Shown here one piece after another: positions 12,301 to 24,300 of a stretch of DNA of 64,000 nt (position 1 is its first letter; the number at the start of each line of letters is the position of its first letter). The notes beneath the pieces were generated by a model. That model saw only the letters and a program-made list of their open reading frames with translations, searched no databases and was not told the DNA's origin. The stretch comes from Phoronis australis (lineage: Eukaryota; Animalia; Phoronida): positions 87,571 through 151,570 of the forward strand of contig NMRA01000504.1 of NCBI GenBank assembly GCA_002633005.1, written 5' to 3'. The position numbers and the translations under genes are program-made.

Positions 12301-15300
12301 CGGTCTGTCTTCATGCTTATCTGGGCGGCCATTGTCTCCCTTGACAAGCAGGATGTATTGAACGTTTCGGTATGGCTCAAGCAAGTGTATGCTAATGGAT
12401 GGTGAGCGAGATTGAAATTGCGGTGTACTCGGAATGGTAACTGCATTTTCTTTACGACCTTCACCAAGTGTTTGGTCCGTGTTCCTGTGGAGTCAAGCCG
12501 TACCATATTCATGTCATCGCATATCCTCACTTTGACTTGGTACTGAATGTTTATGGCAAACCGCGCCCTCGGGTTAGCGTAGGTTAAGGTCGGAGGTATT
12601 GTCTCCGGCAAGTTGTAACTAAATTCTGTATTGTAAGTGCCTGGATGGAGATGGACAACTCGATTTGTTCTACCACTGCCCATGACAAACGTTTGCTTCT
12701 TCAGATAAAATTCGCGATCCAATTCTGTGGTGCCATATGCTCCACGGTGACAATAGGTGGCGCCTATGCCTTCAACGATTAACTCCACATACCAAACGGT
12801 GATTTGGCGGCGTATATCAAAGGAGACCTTTCCATTGAGGTTTGTTCCTGCCAAAATGCTTTCCCCATTTGAGTTGTCTAGTTGAATAACAAAATTTGTT
12901 ATAGCTTTCTCCTTGGGCAGTTTTTTAAGGACAACGGGAATTGTGGTGCGTCCATTTGTGCTGTACTGTTTCCGATAAAGAGGATGTGTTTTGAAAGATG
13001 GTCGTCGGCGAGACAGATGGCGCTGATAGCTCACCGTGGTCGTTTCGCTGTCTGCTGTGGACTTCTACAACAGAACAACATATTTAAAATTGTATTTCCT
13101 CGGTGTTTAGTTGCCATGCAAGCGAAAAATCAGAGCACAGTAAATCACTTATGTTACTAATAACGAAAAATGGTTTGTGCCTTTTACTCTCATAAAATTG
13201 GTCTCCTAATATTCCTTATCTTATTAGGAATTGATTTCCATTTGCAGCAAGAACACCAAAAACCTTCTTGGACTCAAAAAATGCTTCAGCCTTAAAGCAA
13301 ATTTGAAAATGTCACATTTTTCAACAAGTCATTATCATTTGATGAGGTATTGTAATTGTTTTTATATCCCAGATCGCTTCTGATTCAACATTGATTGCTA
13401 AACAGTGGCGCAATGCCCCCTTAAAGTGGAACTTGCACGCTAGTTCTATATCTCTACGATTGTATGGTCAAATTATTATTATTAGTTAGAAACATAAAAT
13501 ACAGCGACGATGTGAATATGAATTAGATTGAAAATTGTCGACGTTAATTAGAACCAGTTTTGTATCGAAAATGATCCACCGTAAATCTCTCAACCGTGTC
13601 GAGTAAGCATCGTGTCAAAATAATATCTGGTAACGCATCAATTTTGTGGCATATGTCTAAAAGTGGGACATTTTGATAGTTTGCATGAGACTTCAACAGG
13701 CAGGACATTCCGTCAAAGGTCACTTGAACACTTGGCAAGTATGGGTCTCAGGAGTCTGTTTTGTTTGAATGGTCTCTGTGTATTACATTCACTTTTAATT
13801 ATACTTTTTTAAGCATTATGACTAGCACAATAAATTATTGATCTGATCACAATAAATGACTGACCTTCTGTTATTAACCCATTTCGTAAGTGCATGTGGT
13901 CATTGGCTTGTGCCAGTGGTTGCTCAAGAGTCTGTCATAAACAATAATATAAGACGTTTGATTCTACTGTAAAAGTCTTAGAAGACAGAAATTTGGTGTT
14001 ATGTTCCCACTTCACAATTTCTGAATAATGGTTTAGCCATGGAATTTTTAGCATGTCACAACTTGGAAATTGTGTACCTACAAATTATCTCAGGAATTAT
14101 AGACGTTATTGTAATATTTAGAAAGACTTTATATTTAATGCTAGAGTGAGATTTCTTAATTTTTCAGAAATAGTTAGGTGGAGCATCAGGCTAAATTTCT
14201 GACTAAGTCCTAAATCACTTTTAATGAAACAGACTCCTGGATCTTTCATGTCTCATCTTTTGTTTCTAAGAATGTTATCTAAGCAATGTCTTATATATCT
14301 TTTTGTCGATAAATATTCACGACTGATTATGTAACCAAATGCTTTTAATATTTTTATATTGTGATCAGAAAGATTATGATTTAATTCAAAACGTTCATGG
14401 ACTTTATTTTAATTTCACTTGTCACTTGTGTAATGAAACTGGTTTTCCCAAGACTTCTAATCGTGTTTAGCCACTTTAAATCCTTGTCAAAATTTAAATC
14501 TAATCTCCAAGATGGTCACTTGAATTTCACTGTCTGCACAATGAACATTTTATAGAAATATCTTTTAATCTAAAATCATGCAATCTTGTAAGGTAGAAAC
14601 AATGGCAGCTTTGTTCACATACCTTTCTCCTGTGGCCGTCCATGTTCTTTGTTTGATCCAAAACCTTTGACAACGAGGTTTAAAAATACATAAAGTCGTA
14701 TAACGAGTTTTCACTTGGTATTATCCCACGACAGGTGAACAATTGCTTTGATGTCCACAGTTTTAGAATATTAATGAAAGTGGTTGAGTTTATTTTGTGA
14801 GAATTCTCCTGGGTTCAAAGGCTTATGTGAACTGTGGTTGTTTTCTAATATAACCGTGTCTGTGGTTCTGTGTTCTTAATTCTGTAAAATTCTCCATTAT
14901 TTCACACTTAAAAAGACTTATTCATCCCTTGTTTGAACTAGGTTGTGAACTGTTCAAAATGACTAAATTTTTAGAGTGTTTTAAAAGACAGCAGAGGCGT
15001 TGCCTATTTCATGATGTCACAGACACGCTTCAATTGATTTTTAAGGGTTGTTGTAAGTTTCACATTCAGATGAATGAGAAAGTTATTACAGCCACATGAA
15101 AAACACATATGGAGTACGTCAAATTGTTAAAGGATGTTAATGGTAAAATTGAATACTAATATTGTATGTTCTCTTTGCATATTTCACACTGTTGAAACAT
15201 AACTTGTGTACAAACATTTAATGGCACAATAGATTTGAAAGGCTTTGGTCAGGTCATGTCAGGACAGAGTATATTTGAGGTGACTCATAGTGGGAAATAT

Positions 15301-18300
15301 TTTGAATCAACTCTTGAAATATGGTATAATCATTAATTTGGGACAAAAACAATTGCCAAAACTGTTGTATTTCTATTTTTCACGTGTTTACTATGATAAT
15401 TCAAACGCTTAAAATTTTACCAAATGTTTGGTGGCAGATGTACTGCATAAATCATGCTAAAAGTGAAGTAAAATTATTATTTTAAATTGAGAAATAGAAT
15501 TTCACGTGTTCATCTTAGTTGGTCCTAATCTAAAGAATCTGCTACGGTTGTTGCTTGGCAGTTAGCATGGTAAAAAGAAAATTTATACATTGGCTTCCAA
15601 CTGGTTATTGAAAAATTCATCAAAACTTTCTGCAAAAATTTCTAATTAGTTATACTTAATTTCCTTTTTAATTTGCAACCAGACACTTTTTAAGCTTTTT
15701 AGGCGCTCATATACATATATAATTATGCAAAACAACTGGATGGAAATTTTGCAGGCATGTTCCTGTCATAGATGCGATGACACAAGTAAGTAAATTTCCA
15801 AGGGTTCCGGTTACTAGTGTGCCTGCTTATTGGCCAAAGCACTCAGATCATCATTATAAAAATTGGCATACGGGTATGTGTTCTTACTGGGAAGAGCAAA
15901 GCTGATGGTTATTTTTGGATGGCTCCGACAACAGTTGTGTCCCCTAGTGTCACTTCTGCCTTGTCCATCTACAACTATGAGTTCTGAACCGTGTTCAAGA
16001 TATTTGTTAACTTTGACTAGTTTATTTCTTTGATGACTTTCAGATGGCACGGATCCGATTACTGCTGTAAGTTCTAGTGGCGTTTTTCTTTCCGTTTTCC
16101 TCTCCTCCTTGAAGGATTTTCATGAAATTGATCAAATAGATTTCTATAATGAGCTGGTGATGACACCTTCCCGTTTTCAGATGGATCTGATGTAACGTAT
16201 GCCACCCAGTGGCCATTTTTATTGTTTGTGAATCTTTTTTGGCATGAATGTCTCTATCGGTCAAACCACTCGAAAGATCGTTATGCAAATTGGTGCATGT
16301 GTTCCTAATGGGAAGAGCACAGCTAGCAATGATTTTTGGAGTGCTTCGACTATTAAGACATCCTTAGTGGCTGTTTTTTTTTTTNTTGATTTCTTCGCTA
16401 GTCACATGAATGTTATCGTGTTATCGCCGCCGTGATCGTCTTGATTGTCGTCGTCTCCCTCATCGTCGTCTTTTCGATTAGTTCCGCCAAGTGTCGCTCC
16501 TCCGAGCGCTCTCGTTATTGTTTTTTAATCTTTTTTGGCATGATTGTCTCTATCGGTGAAACCACTCGAAAGATCTTTATGCAAATTGGTGCATGACTGT
16601 TCCTAATGGGAAGAGCACAGCTAGCAATGATTTTTGGAGTGCTTCGACTATTAAGACATCCTTAGTGGCTGTTTTTTTTTTTAGAGATCTGCAGGTGTTT
16701 CTCCTGAAACCCCTGCAGGATCTGTGTTACATTTGGCTAGTGTATTTCTTTGAATGTGACAGCACATGACGACTTTCAGATGTATTTAACAACTGTTTTG
16801 CCCCCCTGGTGGCAATGTTAGTTTTTATATTTTCTTCAAATTTTCCTCAAAGTTCTTTGATGGATATTTTTGCCTGTGGTTCAATGTATATATATGCAAT
16901 CATGTTCCTTGATGGATACTCATGAAATTTGTCTGTGTTTTTATTGAGAGTTCAACTGATGTGGATTTGTGGTCAAATCTGACTAACTGCAGACTGCAGA
17001 GTCCCCTGGTGTCAGTTTTGTTTTTCTTTGCATTTATCTTGATTCTTAGTTGATAGTTGGTGAAATTTTGGCAAATACTGTCCTATCACATTTAAACAAC
17101 AGCACAAGCCCTGTGAGACAAACTTTACCTATGTTTTGCCTTTTGGTATCCTTTTATTGTTTTTGTGTCCGTTTGTCGCCCCCAGCTTTCCTACCCTCCA
17201 AACTGTGTGAAGAATCATGTTAACAGGTAGCAGGTGTATTCTTATTGAGGGGAGCATTGCTGTCATGCTTTTCACTCCTTAGAAGCTATTTTAAGTTAAC
17301 TAGCACTGCCCCCTTCAGTGAGAATGTTTGGAACAGTAATCATCTCTTGCATTATGCATAAGCGATGCACACTGTGGCTGCATATCAACACTCCATGTTT
17401 CTTTTGATAAAACTTCTGTTTATTTATAACGCTGATTTTTTTAGTTTAAGACTTCACAGATACAACTTTTAAAAACTTTATTTACTGTTTTCTACCTGCG
17501 CAAAAACGGAATTCTCTCGGTGGGCATTATTTTTCCTTTACAGAAACATGGCAATGCAAACATGGTATGCCATCAATTTGGTTTTCTTTCCTTGTGAGAA
17601 CAAGGTACAAATGGCAGAAAGTTATAGTTGCCGCTCCAAATATGGACTTATGGGAGGGTTTGCTTACGACAAATTCTGATAAGATTTTGTTCTTATTGTA
17701 GGACTGAAGACCGCCTGGGTCTGGTCTATACACTGACCTCTCCCAACATCCCAATAAAGGACTATGAATGTTTTCTTGACAAGACTGTGGTGACGGTGGC
17801 CACTGGAGGGCAGCACTGTCTGTTCCTGATGGACGACCACATAGTGTATGCATGTGGCTCCAATCAGTACGGACAGTTGGGCCTGGGAGTGGTGTCAAGT
17901 GAAGCTGTTACGGAACCACAAGTTGTGGAATGCTTGCTAGGTTTGGCTTTTGTATATTCATTAATTTATTGAATGACACATTATCACTGAGATAGTAGAA
18001 AGGTTATTTTAACTTGTAAAAACTTGCATTTTTTGTATAATACACCGTCTTGTGAATAAAGTGTTATCAAAAATACTGTGTAAGTGCTTCAAAATGCATT
18101 GGAAAGCACAGTATGTAATTTCGTGTCCTGATTTTTTGTATTAAAGTGGCAATAAAACCCCTTCCATGACAAAAATGCATTTTAATTTAGACCTCTTGCA
18201 CATAGAATTGGTCTAAGTTTTCCTTATTCGAAGTTAGTGATTTCTGGTCTTGGGAAAGAACTAACAGACCATTTTAGCTTGAGGTTTCTGCTCTAAAAGT

Positions 18301-21300
18301 TGACTTGTCTCGCCAAGTCGTTTCTATTCACCGATCATCATCTCAAGTGCTGACAAACTGTCAACTGCCATGCCAAAAATGACTTCTCAGTCATCCGTGT
18401 AAAGAACAACTGGATACCAATTTTATAGCGGTACTAGTGAACTAAATCAAAAGTTAGTTTCTTTGATGGAATGTAGGTTTATTGGCGCTCTGAGTAATGC
18501 TGTAGTCAGGTGTGTAATTTTGTGAGAAGGCAAATAAAATTTCTGATCAGAAAGATGACACACCTGGAATGAGCATTCTCAGAGATGCCTATCTGTCGTA
18601 ATAATTACCGTAACGGGATATTGCAAAATATGAATATTCTGACCCATCCCAAGCTAAAACCATGCGCAAAAAGAGCCAATAAGTTCAAATCAGGTCACTA
18701 GGATGTAGACACTCTCATGGCAAGAACGGCAAATCTGCCAGCTCATTTGGGTTGGACAATAGCCAGCTAGACAACACGTCTGATTTGTTCCATACGATGG
18801 ATCTGATGTCCAATCTGCCTTCTAATTTCACTGCATGGCATGTGGACGTTTTATAAGTTATTTTTGCACTTACAACCTCCTGTTTATGCTGTCATTGTTG
18901 GTCTTTGATCTTTGACATTTCTCATTAGATAAAGTGTATTGCTACTGACAAATATTTTGAGACATTTGATGTATATGTCATTGAATACATGAGATGGCTT
19001 GAATGTGGGTACTGATGAATTTTAGTATTGTTCAGCGTTGGAACTGTAAATCATCCAGTATGTGGTGTAAAGTATGTGATATTACACTGTGCAGTTTGAA
19101 TTGTTAGAATTAACATTTTCCTTATTCTTGATAGGTGCTGATATTGTTGACATCTCGTGTGGTCTGAACCACAGTGCAGCAGTGACATCTAGTGGCCTTG
19201 TCTACACCTGGGGGAGTTCTGACCATGGCCAGTGTGGCACCGGTGACCTAGGAATCATTGTCCCCTCTCCCACTTTAATTGCTATGCACTCCAAGTCACA
19301 GGCGTGCATTCACGGAGTCGAGGAACCGAATGGACGCGTGAAAGTCAAACAAGTTAGTTGCGGGGATACCCACACGGTAGCACTGACCTCCACTGGTGAG
19401 GTCTGGACCTGGGGCTCAGGAATACAGTTAGGTATTGTTAGTCTCGAAACTAGCCTCAAACCTACGAGGTTGGATTTCATGTTGGGGAGAAATGTTCTCA
19501 TGGTGAGTGCAGGGGGGCAACATACTCTAGCTTTGATTGAGAAGTCTGTGTTGACGGGTGCTGAATACGATCTGGATGGCTATACTGGTGCCAACACAAG
19601 TCACACATCATCTCTTTGTTCAGAGTGTAAGAAAGACGTCTATCAGTATTCAATGACGTCTAGCCTGCTCATCACAGATCATGACCAGAAGTGTCCACTT
19701 GGACTGGACTTGCAGGAAGTCAGTGTCCAGGAAGATGTCCGCCAGGCTGCACAGGAAGTGGGTTCAGGCATAGTAGATGATGGTCATATGCTGAGTGACA
19801 ATTTGTTTACGGATGAATCAAGTTTCCTTGAGTCACCAGGTGCCGTTTGCCTTCAGGATGTCGATATCAAAATCGATGATGTCGGCAAAAGTGCCGGAAC
19901 AATCTCTGGTGCGGTTGGTCAGCTCACTAGTGAACCGGTACTCCAAGAACCAACTGGCAACAATTCAAAAGAAGACGGTAATGCATATGTTACTACACAG
20001 TCTTCGCCATGCGATATAGGTTGTGATCTTAAAGAAGAACATAGCATTCCTCCAGAGAAAACTGAACTTGCCTCTGGTACTTACCAGTTAGGTGCTGGCA
20101 CCACTGAGATGAGGAGTGATGAACTGACACAGTATGATGAGAAAGATACTGTTGAACTCACTGAGAAGGGTGCCACTCAGTGTAATATGCCAGAGGCAGC
20201 TAATGGTGATTTTGTAGACGGATCAAGTGAACTATCTGAGGAACCCATTTCTGAGATTGTGCAGCTTGAAAGTTTAAATGTGGATTCTGGACCTCAGAAG
20301 CGCCATCTGTTTGCCAGTAAAAAAGAGGCTAAAGAATATCTGAGTAAGAGGTTCAGTGATCACGAAGTGTTGGAGCAAGCGAGCGAGAATGAGCAACAGA
20401 TTGAAAACGGATCGACACATCCTATTATGGAAGACTTGAGCGCTGTTGTCAGTTCTATGGCGGGTATTACTGGGCAAGTGAAGAGCATATCGTCCAAAAT
20501 GTTTAAATCGTCCATAGGAGGAATGTTCAGTCTCGCCTCGAAGAATGATGTAGAATTGGAACCAGCAGCAAGTGGAAGTAACCATTCTAATGTCTCTTCT
20601 GCGGAAAATTTTTCAAAAATTTCCAAAGGTGATGAAGTCACAACTAGTTTCCTGTATACTGACCAACGTCCGAATGTTCAGAGCTCTCCCAGACTATCAA
20701 GGAGTTCCAGGGTGTCTTCCATTTTTGAAAGCAAGAGATTTGATCCCAGTCTGAATGCTTATGATGTGACAGGTACTTGCTAGCTAAATCTTACCAAGCT
20801 TTGAAAAGCTTATACTAGGCATGTTGCTCTTTTGTTATTAAATGTTCCTCAGCTTCGGTCCTTCTGTATTCGTAGTATTACTAAGCTTGAGTAATATTGG
20901 ACAAACTTGATTAATTTTGTCCATTTGGTAATACTGAATTGTGTACTTCATGATTTATACGTGAATGATGGTTGCCAGCAAGGTGTTTTTAGAGGACGAA
21001 ACTGCTGCTCTGTAAGACCTACTTTAGTCACTCTACACTCCACAATTGACTTTGTTGTAGTTGTGATTCTAACCATCAGTCTCTTCCAACTGAAAGATAA
21101 ATTACTTAAAAATTGACGGAGCCTTGCCAAGTTTAATAGTTTGTCACTTTGTTTGATATTTTTCTCCAGGGTTCAATTTTCATATTCCATTACTACTCAC
21201 TGTTCAATTATCTTTAAAAAATGACTCATTTTATGTAAATTAGACTTTTAAAAACTCTTTTTGGGCCAGTGTCATTTTCATCATTGATTTGTGACCTTAG

Positions 21301-24300
21301 AAAAGCTTGCGTCTTGGTAACCACTGCTGTGCATGCAAGCTTGAGTAAGATTGCTGGTCACAGAATTCAAGCTACACTGACAACAAGCAAAACTCGTTTT
21401 CTTGCTGAATGGTGGTCAAAGCAAACATATCACATGGCATGTTCAAATGTCACAAAGTAGCTTGTGTGATATACTGAAGTACTTTATGTTTACCATGTTG
21501 CTAGGTTATGTTAGCTTAACAGGCCCATAATGCTTGTCTGGCCAATGTTGAATGAGGTAGCGCACATTTAAATCTTGCCAGAAAGGTTTATTCAAGCTCA
21601 GTGAATGTGGTGTCATTCTGTTGGAACCTGAAGCTTTGAAAAATGTGGTACATGCTTTTTCTAAACTCGTGACTGCTAAAACTACAATTCAGGATTTTAG
21701 AAATCTAGATTTTTAGATTTAAAAACTTTCATTAGCAAGCTTCTCTAAAGCTTTGGTGGGAAGCGCCAACTGGTTTGAATTGACAGTATAATAAGTAAAT
21801 GCTGCTATTGGCAAGTTTCTGTGTCCCTTTTAGCTGGTACAATTCATTGCTCAGTTGATGCTTTAGTATGGTAAAAGTTCTTCAGTTTCACACACAATGT
21901 GGCGGACAATTGAAGTTTTCATTTTGTCAAATTTCTCAACAAAAATAGCATTTCAGGAGAATTTGCTTTTCTTGAAGCATGGTTCGTATGGTGTTGCTAT
22001 TACCAAACAACATTTGGTGAAATTTTGAACATTTGAAACTTAACAATGTGGTAAGCCTCTGAAAGATAGACATATGGCAATTTTAGCAATTATTTTTGTC
22101 CCATTTTAGAAGAATTTTTACTGCAATAGNGTAATTGCCGACCAAGGACACGCTTAATCCGAATTGGTCGTCTACGCTAGGCGACCAATTAGCCGACCCA
22201 AGTGCCGACCACAGAGGCGACTAAGCAGACGGCTCCTAGCCGACCGTTGTTGGTCGGCTGCTGGTCGGCTAGACGTCCGGTCGACGGCCGGTCGTCGACC
22301 AATTTCCGACCGGTCGGCCAAAAATTCGTGATGTGTGCTGTAAGTAAATGCTGCTATTGGCAAGTTTCTGTGTCCCTTTTAGCTGGTACAATTCATTGCT
22401 CAGTTGATGCTTTAGTATGGTAAAAGTTCTTCAGTTTCACACACAATGTGGCAGACAATTGAAGTTTTCATTTTGTCAAATTTCTCAACAAAAATAGCAT
22501 TTCAGGAGAATTTGCTTTTCTTGAAGCATGGTTCGTATGGTGTAGCTATTACCAAACAATATTTGGTGAAATTTTGAACATTTGAAACTTTACAATGTGG
22601 TAAGCCTCTGAAAGATAGACATATGGCAATTTTAGCAATTATTTTTGTCCCATTTTAGAAGAATTTTTACTGCAATAGTTTTTTGTCTTCAATCCCATGT
22701 TAGAAGAATTTTTAACGTAATAGTTTTTTGTCTTCAATCCCATGTTAGAAGAATTTTTACCGCAATAGTTTTTTGGTCTTCAATCCCATGTTCTTTTCAA
22801 TGATTGAACGATGCAATTTAAAATTCATCAGTTTTTCATATTAATTACAGAGGATGTTCAAGGTCCCACGTCTAATGAGATTGCCTCAACTAAGAGGCGA
22901 ACTCATCCCAGGAAGTCAAAGTCACATGGTCAACTACAGGTGTCTCCGGAGTTATTGACATGTAAGTTCAAACAACGAGCAAAAGACTGTTTGTTGCCGA
23001 ATTTACATTTAACAGTTAGCAGCTCCTTTGTTATTGACATACTGCAGCTTAGATTCTTCATTTTATTTGCTCAAATTGTCATTTGCTTGAGATTTTTTAA
23101 GTGATCATTTTGGTCATATTAGATAGGCATTACTTTGATTTTGTAGCCTCTTATGAAACGAAGTGTAGCATACAGACGGAAGTGTGGAGCTGGGGATGTG
23201 GGGTCAGAGGTCAACTGGGTCATGGTGATAGGCTAGACAGGTGAGGTGTATACTTGGCTGTGCAAAGTAAACTGTGATTTCTTCTAAACATGTTTTGAGT
23301 TGATACTTGTTTTAGTGTCCCGGGTGGTTCATTCTAAATCGTGTTGACTCATTGCTTTCAAGTCCTGTGGCAGGGTTTGTATCCCTGTCTGTGGGAAGCT
23401 TCTGAATAGTTTAACACTTAAAATCTGATATTGTGGTTTGATTTGTACACACTGGTGTATTTTTAACCGATTTTCAATTGATCTGACTGTAAACAATTGT
23501 GAGTTATTCAATATCTGAAAAATTAATTGTCATAGTTGCATTTTGTTGTATTTTTGCGTCACTCTGCACTGAAATATTTTGTTCTATCTGAAAGTTAAAT
23601 GCCTAGCTAATTAGGTCAAGCTGAAATCACAAACTTCAAACTTTCATAAATCAAGTTGTCAAGAGCAAATTTTCCCATTGAACTCCATTCAGTCCATGGT
23701 TTCACTGTGTTTGATTAGCAACAAGATGCCACACCACAAAACACGTGGCACGACAATAATTTTCAAAGACAATACTACATATGGACTTTTGAAAATTAAA
23801 TCTTTAATATCTGAAAGAAGTTTCCTGAAATTCTTATGTCAGTTCAGTTTTTTATCATAACTGTAAAACTGACACAGAGGTTGACTTTTATACTGAAACC
23901 GAAAAATACTGTCTTATTGCTGTTGTGGTGAATACTTTGAACTCTTTTATTTAGTCTGTTCAAAAACTGGAGATTTTCTAGGAGAATTGCGTGACGGCTT
24001 TACAAGAGTCCTACCAGAAATTGTCCATGTTACAAAATTATGATTGCTTTCGATGGACGCCATATTTTGTAGACCTCAGCCATGTCTCATCTTGTCCCTG
24101 ATTGGCCAAGAAGTCATCAAAGTGTCTGCTGGGGGTCAACATAGTTTGGCAGTCACTGCTACAGGAAAGGTCAGGACATTTATTGGCAGTTGTGTCAAAG
24201 GACGGTGATGAGTTAGTGATCTGATACTAAAGTTTTGACTTAATTTTAATTGTTTGTCTTGTAGCTGACCAATGATTTTAAGTAGGTTGTCCTAAGATTC

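Noticed and set aside
13032-13034. GTG start of the 447 aa arrestin ORF as given in the track
   Set aside because: The frame stays open to a splice acceptor at 13064, and a phase-matched ATG exon exists at 14643..14623
16218-16682. ~165 bp direct duplication
   Set aside because: Straddles the N at 16385, and the part after the N looks like a degraded read of the same sequence; probable assembly overlap artefact
19089-19134. N-terminus of the 564 aa ORF as a standalone RCC1 protein
   Set aside because: These bases are the intronic polypyrimidine tract; the ORF is ALS2 exon 3
21792-22678. ~340 bp direct repeats resembling LTRs around a GC-rich core
   Set aside because: The first copy ends exactly at the N at 22130; no TG..CA termini, PBS or PPT; probably two haplotypes joined at a gap
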